Shown in pieces: positions 30,382 through 38,864 of a stretch of 64,000 nt of DNA. The notes beneath the pieces were generated by a model. That model saw only the letters and a program-made list of their open reading frames with translations. It had not been told where the DNA came from and did not search any database. The translations under genes were made by a program, and so were the position numbers. This DNA comes from Desulfovibrio sp. (GTDB lineage Bacteria; Desulfobacterota; Desulfovibrionia; Desulfovibrionales; Desulfovibrionaceae). The stretch's first letter is position 1, and every line of letters begins with the position of its first letter. The stretch spans positions 7,970-71,969 of the forward strand of contig JAISTW010000020.1 in NCBI GenBank assembly GCA_031272405.1. Reading direction: 5' to 3'.

Positions 30382-31326
30382 ATGGATATTGACGTTTTTT
30401 TCCGGGACTACGGCAAGGCATTTGAGCGGGGCGACGCCGCAGGCGTCGTCGAATTCCTGAAAGATTCCATCAACGCGGCGGAAGCCGACAACGACAACCA
30501 CGCCCTGGTCACGATACTCAACGAGGCCGCCGGGTATTACAGAAACACCAGCGACTACGCCCAGGCCATAGCCCTGTCCGAAAAGGCCCTCACCACCTTG
30601 CGCAGGCTTGGCTACGAAAACACGGTTCCTTACGGCACCACCCTGCTCAACACGGCCACCGCCTATCGCGCCTCGGGCGACAACGCCCGTGGTCTGGAGC
30701 TTTTCATTTCTTCTCTGGCCGTGCTGGGCGCGCTCCTGCCCGAGGATGACCACCGTTTCGCCGGACTGTACAACAATATCGGGGCCATTCACGAAGAAAG
30801 AGGTCAGTTGCCCGAAGCGCTGGACATGTTGGAAAAAGCCGCGGCCATCATGGAAAAAAATCCCGGTATGGCCGAAGATTCGGCCATTGTGCTCACCAAT
30901 CTGGCCCTGATCCTGCTCCGGCTCAACCGGACGGGGGAGGCCGCAAAAACCTTCGGCAAGGCCGAAAAGCTCTTTTGCCGGACGGACGCCAGGCCCGCGC
31001 CCCAGTATGCGGCCACCCTGGCCGGCATGGGCGAAGTCTGCTTCAGGATGGGCGACTTCGACAAAGCCATCGAAAAATACGAATCCGCCCTCGCGCGCAT
31101 CAAGGACTCCTTCGGCGAGAACCGCGATTACGCCATAACCTGCCAGAATTGCGCCGATGTGTATGAGGCCGCCGGCAAATCGGAGGCGGCCGCCGCCCTG
31201 ACGCTGCGGGCGCAAAACATCCTCAGCGGGCTGGACGCGCTGGAGCGGCGGCATTCTCCGCCTCGGCAAGAGACGCGTAGCCGTAGCGTTTCGCCTGTTG
31301 CAGAAGCGTTTCAGCGGCCCCGTTGA
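30382..31326 (+). CDS. Tetratricopeptide repeat protein
   Basis: Repeated TPR-like helices (LNEAAGYYR, LLNTATAYR, YNNIGAIH, LTNLALIL, LAGMGEVC); GAGG RBS. Confidence 0.85.
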   Translation: MDIDVFFRDYGKAFERGDAAGVVEFLKDSINAAEADNDNHALVTILNEAAGYYRNTSDYAQAIALSEKALTTLRRLGYENTVPYGTTLLNTATAYRASGDNARGLELFISSLAVLGALLPEDDHRFAGLYNNIGAIHEERGQLPEALDMLEKAAAIMEKNPGMAEDSAIVLTNLALILLRLNRTGEAAKTFGKAEKLFCRTDARPAPQYAATLAGMGEVCFRMGDFDKAIEKYESALARIKDSFGENRDYAITCQNCADVYEAAGKSEAAAALTLRAQNILSGLDALERRHSPPRQETRSRSVSPVAEAFQRPR

Positions 31327-31849
31327 TCCCGGCTTTTTGCTGACGCAGCGTATGCCTGTGTAAACGGCGGATGGTTTCGGCGGAGCAGGTTCTCAACTCG
31401 CCCCTGAGATACGTCTCGAAGGATGTCTCCAGCGCGGAGTCCTCCCCGCTGCGCAGGGCGCGGCCCCTTCCGCACAGAAAAGGATATTTTTCCGCCGCTT
31501 CCAGCTTCCAGGAAATATGCGCGGCCAGGATTTCCTCAATCAGGGCGAGCGTCCCCCCGTCCACAGGCGGCAGCGCTTTCGCAATCCTCATGTATTCCTC
31601 CGGGCATGTGCTTTCCATCATCCGGGCGTACTTCTCGGTCATGAGATTTCTGCCCTCCCGCCGCGCCGCCTCAAGGTCCTCCAGCCAGCTTTCCAGGGCG
31701 TCCTCCGGCCAGGTCGCGAACTGGGCGCCGCGCATTATTTTGAAGGTTTCCGCGTCGTCCTGGCAGGAGGCCCTGCCCCCGGCGTTTTGGACATCCGAAA
31801 ACATCTCCCATTCCAGTTCGAGAATTCTTTGCATCACGGCCTGGTTCAT
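31223..31849 (-). CDS. DUF4125-like protein
   Basis: ILELEWEMFSDVQNAGGRASCQDD, GRNLMTEKYARMM, TSFETYLRGEL, YGYASL. Confidence 0.75.
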   Translation of the reverse strand: MNQAVMQRILELEWEMFSDVQNAGGRASCQDDAETFKIMRGAQFATWPEDALESWLEDLEAARREGRNLMTEKYARMMESTCPEEYMRIAKALPPVDGGTLALIEEILAAHISWKLEAAEKYPFLCGRGRALRSGEDSALETSFETYLRGELRTCSAETIRRLHRHTLRQQKAGINGAAETLLQQAKRYGYASLAEAENAAAPARPAR

Positions 31850-31887
31850 CCTGTTCGCCTCCTCTGTCCGCGTTCACAACAGTCGCT

Positions 31888-32829
31888 CTAGCCGACAAGC
31901 ACATTCATGCCGCGGAGCGTTTCGTCGCCTATAGTCGTCTGCACCGCGCGGGCGTGATCCAGCAAAAAAACGCCGGGGGCGTCGGACAGGCCGTCTTCCC
32001 GCAGTTTGTCCGCTACAAGGCCGCACATCGTGTCAATCATTTCCGCCTTGACGCCCACGGCACGCTCATCGGCGTTTTCCGTTTCGGCCAGTATGCGCAG
32101 TCTGTAAAACATTTCAGAGCCCAAGAGCGGCAAATCCCTGAGCATGCGGTGCCGCCACTTGTAAAAGGGAGCGTACTGTCTGTTCAACAGAAACACAAGG
32201 CCGCAGGCGGCTTCCAGAAAGGCGCTTTCGGCCGTCTTGACGGCCACCGTGTCCCGCCGTTTGGCGCAGCGGGAAAAATTGTACTGCCCGGCCTGGGCCA
32301 TTGCCGCGCAACGGGCGGCGATTTTTTTCCGGCGCACGTCCTCCGGATAATAGGCGAGCAGTTTTTCGCGGATCGCCGAAAATTCCCCCAAAGGGTCGGC
32401 AAAGACCTCGCCGTTGGTGGCCGAACGCAGATAGGCCTCCGGGATGCTCATCCAGTCCTGCGCGCTTTCCGGCGGGCCGGGCCGCCCGAGAAATTTGTAA
32501 TAGAACGCCCCGATTTCCATGACGCCCCGCCGCCCTTCCCCCCAGTCCGTTTTCAGGACAGGCAGCCCACGGAAACGGCGTGGGGCGTGCAGGTTGAGCG
32601 CGTCCTGCATCTCCCGCCCGATGCGGGCGTAGTCCCGACTGTTCAGCCACAGGCATACCGTCGCGCCCCAGTCGTGATCACGGGAGATTTCGTCGTCCAG
32701 CCCAAGGCATTCCGAGCCTTCCCCCACAAGGCCGACGGCCGCGCGCTCCACGTAGTCCGGGAAGCGCCGTTTCAGCAGCGGGTAGCAGAACGCGCCGAAA
32801 TACAGTCTGGAAAGTTCAAGCCCTTGCAT
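31888..32829 (-). CDS. DUF4037-like protein (possible nucleotidyltransferase fold)
   Basis: MQGLELSRLYF...VGLVGEGSECLGLDDEISRDHDWG, TNGEVFADPLG, YYPEDVR, AQAGQYN, YAPFYKW; the real start is internal to track ORF 31888-33813. Confidence 0.75.
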   Translation of the reverse strand: MQGLELSRLYFGAFCYPLLKRRFPDYVERAAVGLVGEGSECLGLDDEISRDHDWGATVCLWLNSRDYARIGREMQDALNLHAPRRFRGLPVLKTDWGEGRRGVMEIGAFYYKFLGRPGPPESAQDWMSIPEAYLRSATNGEVFADPLGEFSAIREKLLAYYPEDVRRKKIAARCAAMAQAGQYNFSRCAKRRDTVAVKTAESAFLEAACGLVFLLNRQYAPFYKWRHRMLRDLPLLGSEMFYRLRILAETENADERAVGVKAEMIDTMCGLVADKLREDGLSDAPGVFLLDHARAVQTTIGDETLRGMNVLVG

Positions 32830-32849
32830 ACGGCTTTCCGTGACCGGCT

Positions 32850-34112
32850 TCAGGCCTCCGCCGGGAGCGCTTCTTCCCTGATGGGGAGGTTGACCAGGGC
32901 GGCAAAAAGCGCCAGGGCGATGTCGGCATACCAGACCCAGAGATAGCCGCCGGTCTGTTCCATAGCCACCCCGCCGAGCCAGGCTCCCAGAAAGCCGCCC
33001 ACCTGATGGGAAAAGAAGGTCAGGCCAAAAAGCGTGGCCAAATAGCGTTTGCCGAAGAGCTTGTTCACAATGCCCGCCGTCGGCGGCACGGTGGCCAGCC
33101 AGGTGAAGCCGATGGCGCAGGCGAAAACGTAAAAGGTCAGCGCCGTTTTGGGGGCGAAAAGATAGACGCCGATAATGACGGCACGCAGAAAATACACCCA
33201 GGACAAAATGTGCTTCATGAGAAAACGGTTGCAGATGAAGCCCACCCCTATGCTCCCGGCGACGTTGCACAGGCCGATCAGGGCGATGCTCGCGGCCGAG
33301 ACGGCCGTGGAATGGCCGCAGGCGGAAATTTCCACGGGCAGATGGGTGATGAGAAAGGCGACGTGAAAGCCGCAGGTAAAAAAACCGGCGTGGAGCAGAA
33401 TATAGCTCGGGTCGCGCAGAGCCACGGCAAGCTGCTCGCGCAGCCCCTCCCGCTCCTGACCGGAAACGGCCTCCGCGGCTTGCGGCAGGTCCTTGATCCG
33501 GCACAAAAACCAGGAAGGCGCGATGGCCACCAGGGCCAAACCGGCCAGCACCCACAGGCTGGCGCAGTAATCGCGCAGATGCGTCACCATGTGGATCAGC
33601 GGCGCGTAGGCGAATTGCCCCAGGGAGCCGCCGGCGTTGATGATGCCGCCCGCGACCGAACGCCGGGCGGCGGGAATTTTGGAGGCGGCGATGCCGAAAA
33701 GCGCGGCGAAGCTCCCGGCCGCGACGCCGGCGGGGGAAAGCAGGCCCTGGCTGAGCGTCAGGGACCAGAAGCCGTCGGCAAAGACGGTGAGCGCCTGCCC
33801 GGCCGCTATGCACAGCAGGCCCGTCGCCAGCGCGGCGAAGGGATGCCCCTTGTCCGCCCAGGCCCCGAAGATCGGTTGAAAAATGCCCCAGGAAAGCTGA
33901 CCCACGGCCAGGGCCGCGCTCACGGCCGCAATGCTCAGTCCCCTGGCGTCCATGATGGGCTGGACGAAAAGCCCCACCGTAAGCCGCGTGCCCATGGCGA
34001 TCATGATGATGAGAATGGCCGGCCCCACGACGGCCGCCAGTCCGGCTGTTTCTCTCTTTCCGGTCAGCGGCGTATCGTGGGGCGGCATTGCTGGAGGGAG
34101 ATTTTGGTGCAT
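32850..34112 (-). CDS. MFS transporter
   Basis: About 12 TM segments; GFFTCGFHVAF, WLATVPPT, HQVGGFLGAWLGG. Confidence 0.9.
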   Translation of the reverse strand: MHQNLPPAMPPHDTPLTGKRETAGLAAVVGPAILIIMIAMGTRLTVGLFVQPIMDARGLSIAAVSAALAVGQLSWGIFQPIFGAWADKGHPFAALATGLLCIAAGQALTVFADGFWSLTLSQGLLSPAGVAAGSFAALFGIAASKIPAARRSVAGGIINAGGSLGQFAYAPLIHMVTHLRDYCASLWVLAGLALVAIAPSWFLCRIKDLPQAAEAVSGQEREGLREQLAVALRDPSYILLHAGFFTCGFHVAFLITHLPVEISACGHSTAVSAASIALIGLCNVAGSIGVGFICNRFLMKHILSWVYFLRAVIIGVYLFAPKTALTFYVFACAIGFTWLATVPPTAGIVNKLFGKRYLATLFGLTFFSHQVGGFLGAWLGGVAMEQTGGYLWVWYADIALALFAALVNLPIREEALPAEA

Positions 34113-34122
34113 AAAATTTCGG

Positions 34123-34150
34123 CGCGTCCCGGACGACTGTCCGGGACGCG
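34123..34150. repeat. Perfect 12-bp inverted repeat between dctM and the MFS gene
   Basis: CGCGTCCCGGAC-GACT-GTCCGGGACGCG. Confidence 0.7.
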
Positions 34151-34163
34151 TTCGACGTTCAGG

Positions 34164-35465
34164 TCAGTAGGACATGCTTCTGGGCAGCCAGACGGCGATG
34201 TCCGGCCACACGCATATCATGGTTATGGCGATGAGCAGCATGCACAGGAAGGGAAAGGATCCCTTGTAGATTTGCATCACCGATATGTGCGGGCATATCC
34301 CCCGCACCACAAAAACGTTCAACCCCACCGGCGGCGAAATGCCCGCCAGCACCATCATGAGCGTCACGAACACGCCGAACCACACGGGATCAACGCCGTA
34401 GGCCTGGGTGATGGGATACATGAAGGGCATGGTCAGGATCAGAATGGAGGTGGATTCCAGAATGCAGCCCAAAATCAAGAAAAGGACGAACATCATCAGG
34501 ATCAGGGTCACATAGGACATTTTGAAGCCCACAAAGGTGTTCACCATGTGGTGCGTGGTGCCGGTGGTGACCAGAAAGCGCGCCATGAGCCAGCCGCCGA
34601 TGAAGAGGAAGAAAATGGACGCGCTCAGCTTGGCCCCTTCCCGGAAGGCCGGAACAATGGTGTCCCTGCGCAGCCTGCGCATGCAGGCCGCGATGATGAT
34701 GATGCCCACCACGCCCAGGGCCGCGGCCTCCGTCGGGGTGGCCAGGCCGCCGTAAATGCCGCCGATGACGATGCCGAACACGGCGATGACCGGAACGGAA
34801 GCGTGCAGACAGCCGAAGCGCTCGGCCCAGGTGGCCGGCGGAGCCTTGGGCCCCATGGCCGGGTTGATGGTGCAGCGGATGATGCAGTACAGGGCGAAGA
34901 GAGCCGTCACCAGCAAACCCGGAACCAGAACGGCCATGAAAAGTTCGCCCACGCCCTGGTCGGTGAGCACGGCGAAAATGATGCAGAACACGCTCGGGGG
35001 GATGATGGCCGCCAGTCCGCCCGAGGCGGCGACCGATCCGGCGGACAGTTCCGTGTCGTAGCCCGATTTTTCCAGTTCAGGTATGACCGTTGAGGCCATG
35101 GTGGCGGAAGCCGCGGCTGTGGAGCCGGTCACCGCGCCGAAGGCCGCTCCGGCCAGAACGCCGGCCGCCGCCAGCCCGCCGGGCAAAAAGCCTATCCACT
35201 TCCGGTTCGCGTCGAACAGGTCGGACACAATGCCCGTATGGTAGGCGATGGAGCCCATAAAGATGAAGAGCGGAATGCTCATGAGCGAAAAGTTGCTCGC
35301 CTGCTCCCAGGCCACGAACATGGTCTGGGTGGCCGCGTTGACCGGGCCCAGGGTGAAGCACAGGCCGATGCTGGCCACGCCGCACATGGCGTAGGCCATG
35401 GGCATGCCCAGCACGGAAAGCAGCAGCATGACGAGAATGCCGTAGTATCCCAGCATGTGATCCAT
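34164..35465 (-). CDS. dctM: TRAP transporter large permease (DctM family)
   Basis: SIPLFIFMG, PGGLA, GAVTGS, IIPPS, GGIYGGLATPTEAA, DPVWFGV, SPPVGLNVF; GGAGG RBS before ATG 35465. Confidence 0.92.
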   Translation of the reverse strand: MDHMLGYYGILVMLLLSVLGMPMAYAMCGVASIGLCFTLGPVNAATQTMFVAWEQASNFSLMSIPLFIFMGSIAYHTGIVSDLFDANRKWIGFLPGGLAAAGVLAGAAFGAVTGSTAAASATMASTVIPELEKSGYDTELSAGSVAASGGLAAIIPPSVFCIIFAVLTDQGVGELFMAVLVPGLLVTALFALYCIIRCTINPAMGPKAPPATWAERFGCLHASVPVIAVFGIVIGGIYGGLATPTEAAALGVVGIIIIAACMRRLRRDTIVPAFREGAKLSASIFFLFIGGWLMARFLVTTGTTHHMVNTFVGFKMSYVTLILMMFVLFLILGCILESTSILILTMPFMYPITQAYGVDPVWFGVFVTLMMVLAGISPPVGLNVFVVRGICPHISVMQIYKGSFPFLCMLLIAITMICVWPDIAVWLPRSMSY

Positions 35466-35466
35466 T

Positions 35467-36072
35467 TCAGCGACCTCCCTCGCGGCGGTAATTTCTCCAG
35501 GAATCCACCACGTTGTAAAACAGGGCCAGCGTGAGCACAAGGAAACCAAATGTCATGATCACGCGCATGGGCCAGAAGGGATAGCGGAAATCCGTCCCGC
35601 TTTCGTTCAGGGCGAAGGATGTGGGTATCTCCATGCTGCTGCGGACGGTGGCGGCCAGCATCCACAGACCGGCGAAGGTGCGGGTCAGGCAGTCGCAGAT
35701 CAGTTTCATTCCGCGCGGGTAACGGTCGTACAGGATGTCGAGCAGGATGTGATCCCTGTCCAGCTCCACTCTGGGCACGGCCAGGAAGATGGCCCCGATG
35801 AGGAACAGGCCGCTGCCCTCAATGGCCCAGGAGAGCGGCGTGTTGAAAAAGTTGCGGCCCACCACGTCAATCAGGATCACCAGCAGTATGGCCGGATACA
35901 GGATATACATGCTGACGGCCAGGCCGGCGTCGCTGACCTTGTTGATGCCCCGCGTGAACTTGTCGTGGGCGGCGTCCGCCGCGGACTGGGCTTCCCCTTC
36001 CAGTTCGGGCATGACATCTTCAAGGGCAATATGATCCAGGCCGTGGTGTATTGTTTTTTGTTCAGCATTCAT
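35467..36072 (-). CDS. dctQ: TRAP transporter small permease (DctQ family)
   Basis: 4 TM segments; DVVGRNFFNTPLSWAIE, HILLD. Confidence 0.88.
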   Translation of the reverse strand: MNAEQKTIHHGLDHIALEDVMPELEGEAQSAADAAHDKFTRGINKVSDAGLAVSMYILYPAILLVILIDVVGRNFFNTPLSWAIEGSGLFLIGAIFLAVPRVELDRDHILLDILYDRYPRGMKLICDCLTRTFAGLWMLAATVRSSMEIPTSFALNESGTDFRYPFWPMRVIMTFGFLVLTLALFYNVVDSWRNYRREGGR

Positions 36073-36112
36073 GTGGAACGACTCCTTGCCGATTTTTGTC
36101 GAAATGCGACCG

Positions 36113-36150
36113 ACCGGACTCCGAAAAGGGAAGGCTTTTCGGAGTCCGGT
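36113..36150. repeat. Perfect 16-bp inverted repeat after dctP (mRNA-stabilising hairpin)
   Basis: ACCGGACTCCGAAAAG-GGAAGG-CTTTTCGGAGTCCGGT; typical position after a solute-binding protein gene. Confidence 0.75.
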
Positions 36151-36171
36151 TGGGAAATTACAGGAAAAGGT

Positions 36172-37512
36172 TTAGAATCCGTCCACGATGCCATGGATCA
36201 TGTTCTTCGGGTCCTGCACCTGTTCGCGGATTCCCCGAATGGACATGGCGTTGTACTTGGCCGCCGTGGCCCTGAAATCCTTGACGAATTCCTTGGCGGG
36301 CAGGCCCTTGGCCTCGTTCTTCTGAACCCACTTGTCCCAGATGGTGTCGCCCACGGCAACCCAGCGCTTCTTTTCATCCGGATCAAGGAAGATCATCTCC
36401 ACGCCGTTTTTCTTGAGGTCGTCAAAACCGCGGTCTTCCAGCTTGGTGTAGCCTTCGGACATGTGGTTGCCGGCCAGCTGGAACTTGTAGTACAGCTCCT
36501 TCTGGAACTCCTTGGGAAGGCTGAAGAATTTTTCCCTGTTGAAGCCGTAGTCAATGCGCGTCACGGTAAGGCCGGTGACGGTGAGGTACTTGGCCACTTC
36601 GTGGAAGCGCCAGGGGATGATGCTGCCGACGGCCCAGGCCACGCCGTCCACCACGCCCCGCTGCAGGCCGATGAAGGTGTCCGGGGTGGGCAGGGACACC
36701 GGGGTCGCGCCCAGGGCGATCAACGTGTCGCGCAACACCTCGCCGCCGAAGCCCATGATGCGCTTGCCCTTGAGGTCTTCCAGCCTGCGGATGGGCGTCT
36801 TGCAGATAAGGCCCTGCACGTCGAAGTGGGGGATCCAGGCCAGGGAAACGCCCTGGGCCTCATATTCCTTTTTGAACCACTTGGGGTACATTTCTTCCAT
36901 AACCTGGGTGGCCACGACCACGCTGTTGAACAGGAAGGGCAGGCCGTCGGCGTGAGACATGGAGAAAGCGCCCTGGTTGTGCAGGTGATAGGTCTGCCCC
37001 ACATGGACAAGACCCGCCCGCAGGGCTTTCCAGCCGTCCTGGAGACTGTGCAGGGACTGGCCGAAGTAGCGCTCGAACCTCAGGCGGCCGCCGAACTGAT
37101 ATTCCAGAAAACTGAAGGTCTCCCAGTGGATGCCGTGCCCGATGTCGCTGGCGTTGGGATAATAGCAGGAGCATTTCAGAACGACGGCGTCCTTGTCGAA
37201 ATCCTCGGGCTTCATCTGCGCCTTGTCCGCCGGGGTCAGCGGTCTGTCGTTGGCTTCCGCGCCGTAGTAAACCCAGCCGATGTTGTTGTCCTTGATTTTT
37301 TCCGGCGTGAGCGTGGTAACGTAGGGGGCGTTGCCCGGAGACGTCTCGCTCGTGGCGGAAGCGATGTCGGGCAGCGCCGGCCCCAGAGAGATCGCCGCCG
37401 CTGTGGCCGCCGCGCCCTTGATGAACTCGCGCCGGTTGACAGTGGAACCCTTCGCCGCCTCAACCGCTGGTTGGGCCGGTTTCTTTTCCTTTTTCCTGGT
37501 CTTCAACTTCAT
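36172..37512 (-). CDS. dctP: TRAP transporter substrate-binding protein (DctP family) with Tat signal
   Basis: NRREFIKG Tat motif; PIRRLEDLKGKRI, LGATPV, GLQRGVVDG, FHEVAKY; GGAGG RBS. Confidence 0.88.
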   Translation of the reverse strand: MKLKTRKKEKKPAQPAVEAAKGSTVNRREFIKGAAATAAAISLGPALPDIASATSETSPGNAPYVTTLTPEKIKDNNIGWVYYGAEANDRPLTPADKAQMKPEDFDKDAVVLKCSCYYPNASDIGHGIHWETFSFLEYQFGGRLRFERYFGQSLHSLQDGWKALRAGLVHVGQTYHLHNQGAFSMSHADGLPFLFNSVVVATQVMEEMYPKWFKKEYEAQGVSLAWIPHFDVQGLICKTPIRRLEDLKGKRIMGFGGEVLRDTLIALGATPVSLPTPDTFIGLQRGVVDGVAWAVGSIIPWRFHEVAKYLTVTGLTVTRIDYGFNREKFFSLPKEFQKELYYKFQLAGNHMSEGYTKLEDRGFDDLKKNGVEMIFLDPDEKKRWVAVGDTIWDKWVQKNEAKGLPAKEFVKDFRATAAKYNAMSIRGIREQVQDPKNMIHGIVDGF

Positions 37513-37587
37513 CGTAAACCTCCACTTTGGCATGTGCCGTTATGTTGCGCGGACGCCGTGAGCGCGCCCGGTTCGGTGCATACTGGA

Positions 37588-38481
37588 TCAGGCTATGACG
37601 GCCTTGAGGCCGCAATCGGAAAACCGTTTCAGGATACTGTTCAAATGCTCCGCCGAATAAGAAGGAATGTCGGGATATTCCCGACGCAGGGCGGCATACT
37701 TGTTTCTCCCGAAAGCATGGTAAGGCATGACATCAACTTCGCTGACGGCGTATTCCTTGAGAAAATCGGCCATTGCCCTGATGTTCTCCTCAGAGTCGTT
37801 CCTGTCCGGAATCAGGGGCACGCGGATGCTGACGCGTGCGGACGAGGCAAGGGCCGTTTTGAGGTTGGCCAGAATCAGGGTATTGTCCTGGCCTGTCAGC
37901 CGCTTGTGTTCTTCGGTCTGCATGTGTTTGCAGTCAAAAAGCATCCGGTCCGTGAGGGCGACGACCCGGCCGAAAAATTCCGGCGGGCAGAAGCCGCATG
38001 TGTCAAGACAGGTGTCGTAGCCTTCGGCCCGGCATTGGGCCAGCAGCTCAAGCAGAAATGTTCCGCCGCAGGTGGGCTCTCCCCCGCCGATGGTGACACC
38101 GCCGTCGGAATTGGCATAAAAAAGCGCGTCCTTGCGGATCTCCGTCATGACCCGGTCAACGTCCATGGACTCGCCGGACATGACCCGCGCCTTCGTCGGA
38201 CAATCAGGCACGCAGGCCCCGCAGTGCGTACACTTTTCCATATCCCTGTTGTAAACGTCGCCAACCTTGACCACGGCCTTTTCCGGGCACACTTCCATGC
38301 AGTGCCCGCAGCCCGAACAGAGATTTTCAAACACCATCAGTTCCGGCGTGAAGGACTGGGATTCAGGATTGCTGCACCATTGGCAACGCAGGGGACAGCC
38401 CTTGAGAAAAACCGTCGTCCGCAACCCCGGCCCGTCCTTGGTGGACATCCTCTGTATATTGTAAACGACGGCTTGTTCCAT
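37588..38481 (-). CDS. Glycyl-radical enzyme activating enzyme with 2x[4Fe-4S] ferredoxin insert
   Basis: DGPGLRTTVFLKGCPLRCQWCSNPES, CSGCGHCMEVC, CTHCGACVPDC, GGVTIGGGEP, MPYH. Confidence 0.95.
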   Translation of the reverse strand: MEQAVVYNIQRMSTKDGPGLRTTVFLKGCPLRCQWCSNPESQSFTPELMVFENLCSGCGHCMEVCPEKAVVKVGDVYNRDMEKCTHCGACVPDCPTKARVMSGESMDVDRVMTEIRKDALFYANSDGGVTIGGGEPTCGGTFLLELLAQCRAEGYDTCLDTCGFCPPEFFGRVVALTDRMLFDCKHMQTEEHKRLTGQDNTLILANLKTALASSARVSIRVPLIPDRNDSEENIRAMADFLKEYAVSEVDVMPYHAFGRNKYAALRREYPDIPSYSAEHLNSILKRFSDCGLKAVIA

Positions 38482-38555
38482 TCAGCCTCAGCCTGCGCCG
38501 CAGTATGGTTTTTGTTTTTCCGGGGCATTCGCCTTTTCAACGTATTTCCTTCACA

Positions 38556-38571
38556 AGCAAGATGTGTGCCG
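38556..38571 (-). promoter_or_regulatory. sigma54 promoter of the activase-TRAP operon
   Basis: Minus strand reads CGGCAC-ACATC-TTGCT, about 75 bp upstream of the activase ATG. Confidence 0.8.
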
Positions 38572-38663
38572 ACCTTTTTATTTAAAAATAGCTCTTTTAA
38601 TACAAAATGTTACAGAGAAATCAGGAATTGTTATCAATAAGCTTTTGTACCCCCCCCGCGTTG

Positions 38664-38746
38664 TGTACATGTTTGGCGACACCGCAAAATGAGACTATAG
38701 TTAACATATTGAAAAAAAACAAGAAAACTGTACCGTAACAGACACA
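38664..38746. promoter_or_regulatory. Two candidate UAS boxes (TGT-N12-ACA)
   Basis: TGTACATGTTTGGCGACA (38664-38681) and TGTACCGTAACAGACACA (38729-38746). Confidence 0.45.
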
Positions 38747-38864
38747 ACAGCCGCCGCCCCTGAAAGGATGCGCCCGTGCCGCCCCGAAAATGTTTACACT
38801 GCCCCGGAAGCATGTTACAGGAACAAAAAACGCGTCGTCCCAAAACAAAAAGCTCGAACGGTGA

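Noticed and set aside
31888-33813. Track ORF suggesting a 641-aa fusion
   Set aside because: The N-terminal half overlaps the MFS gene in another frame; the recognisable protein starts at 32829.
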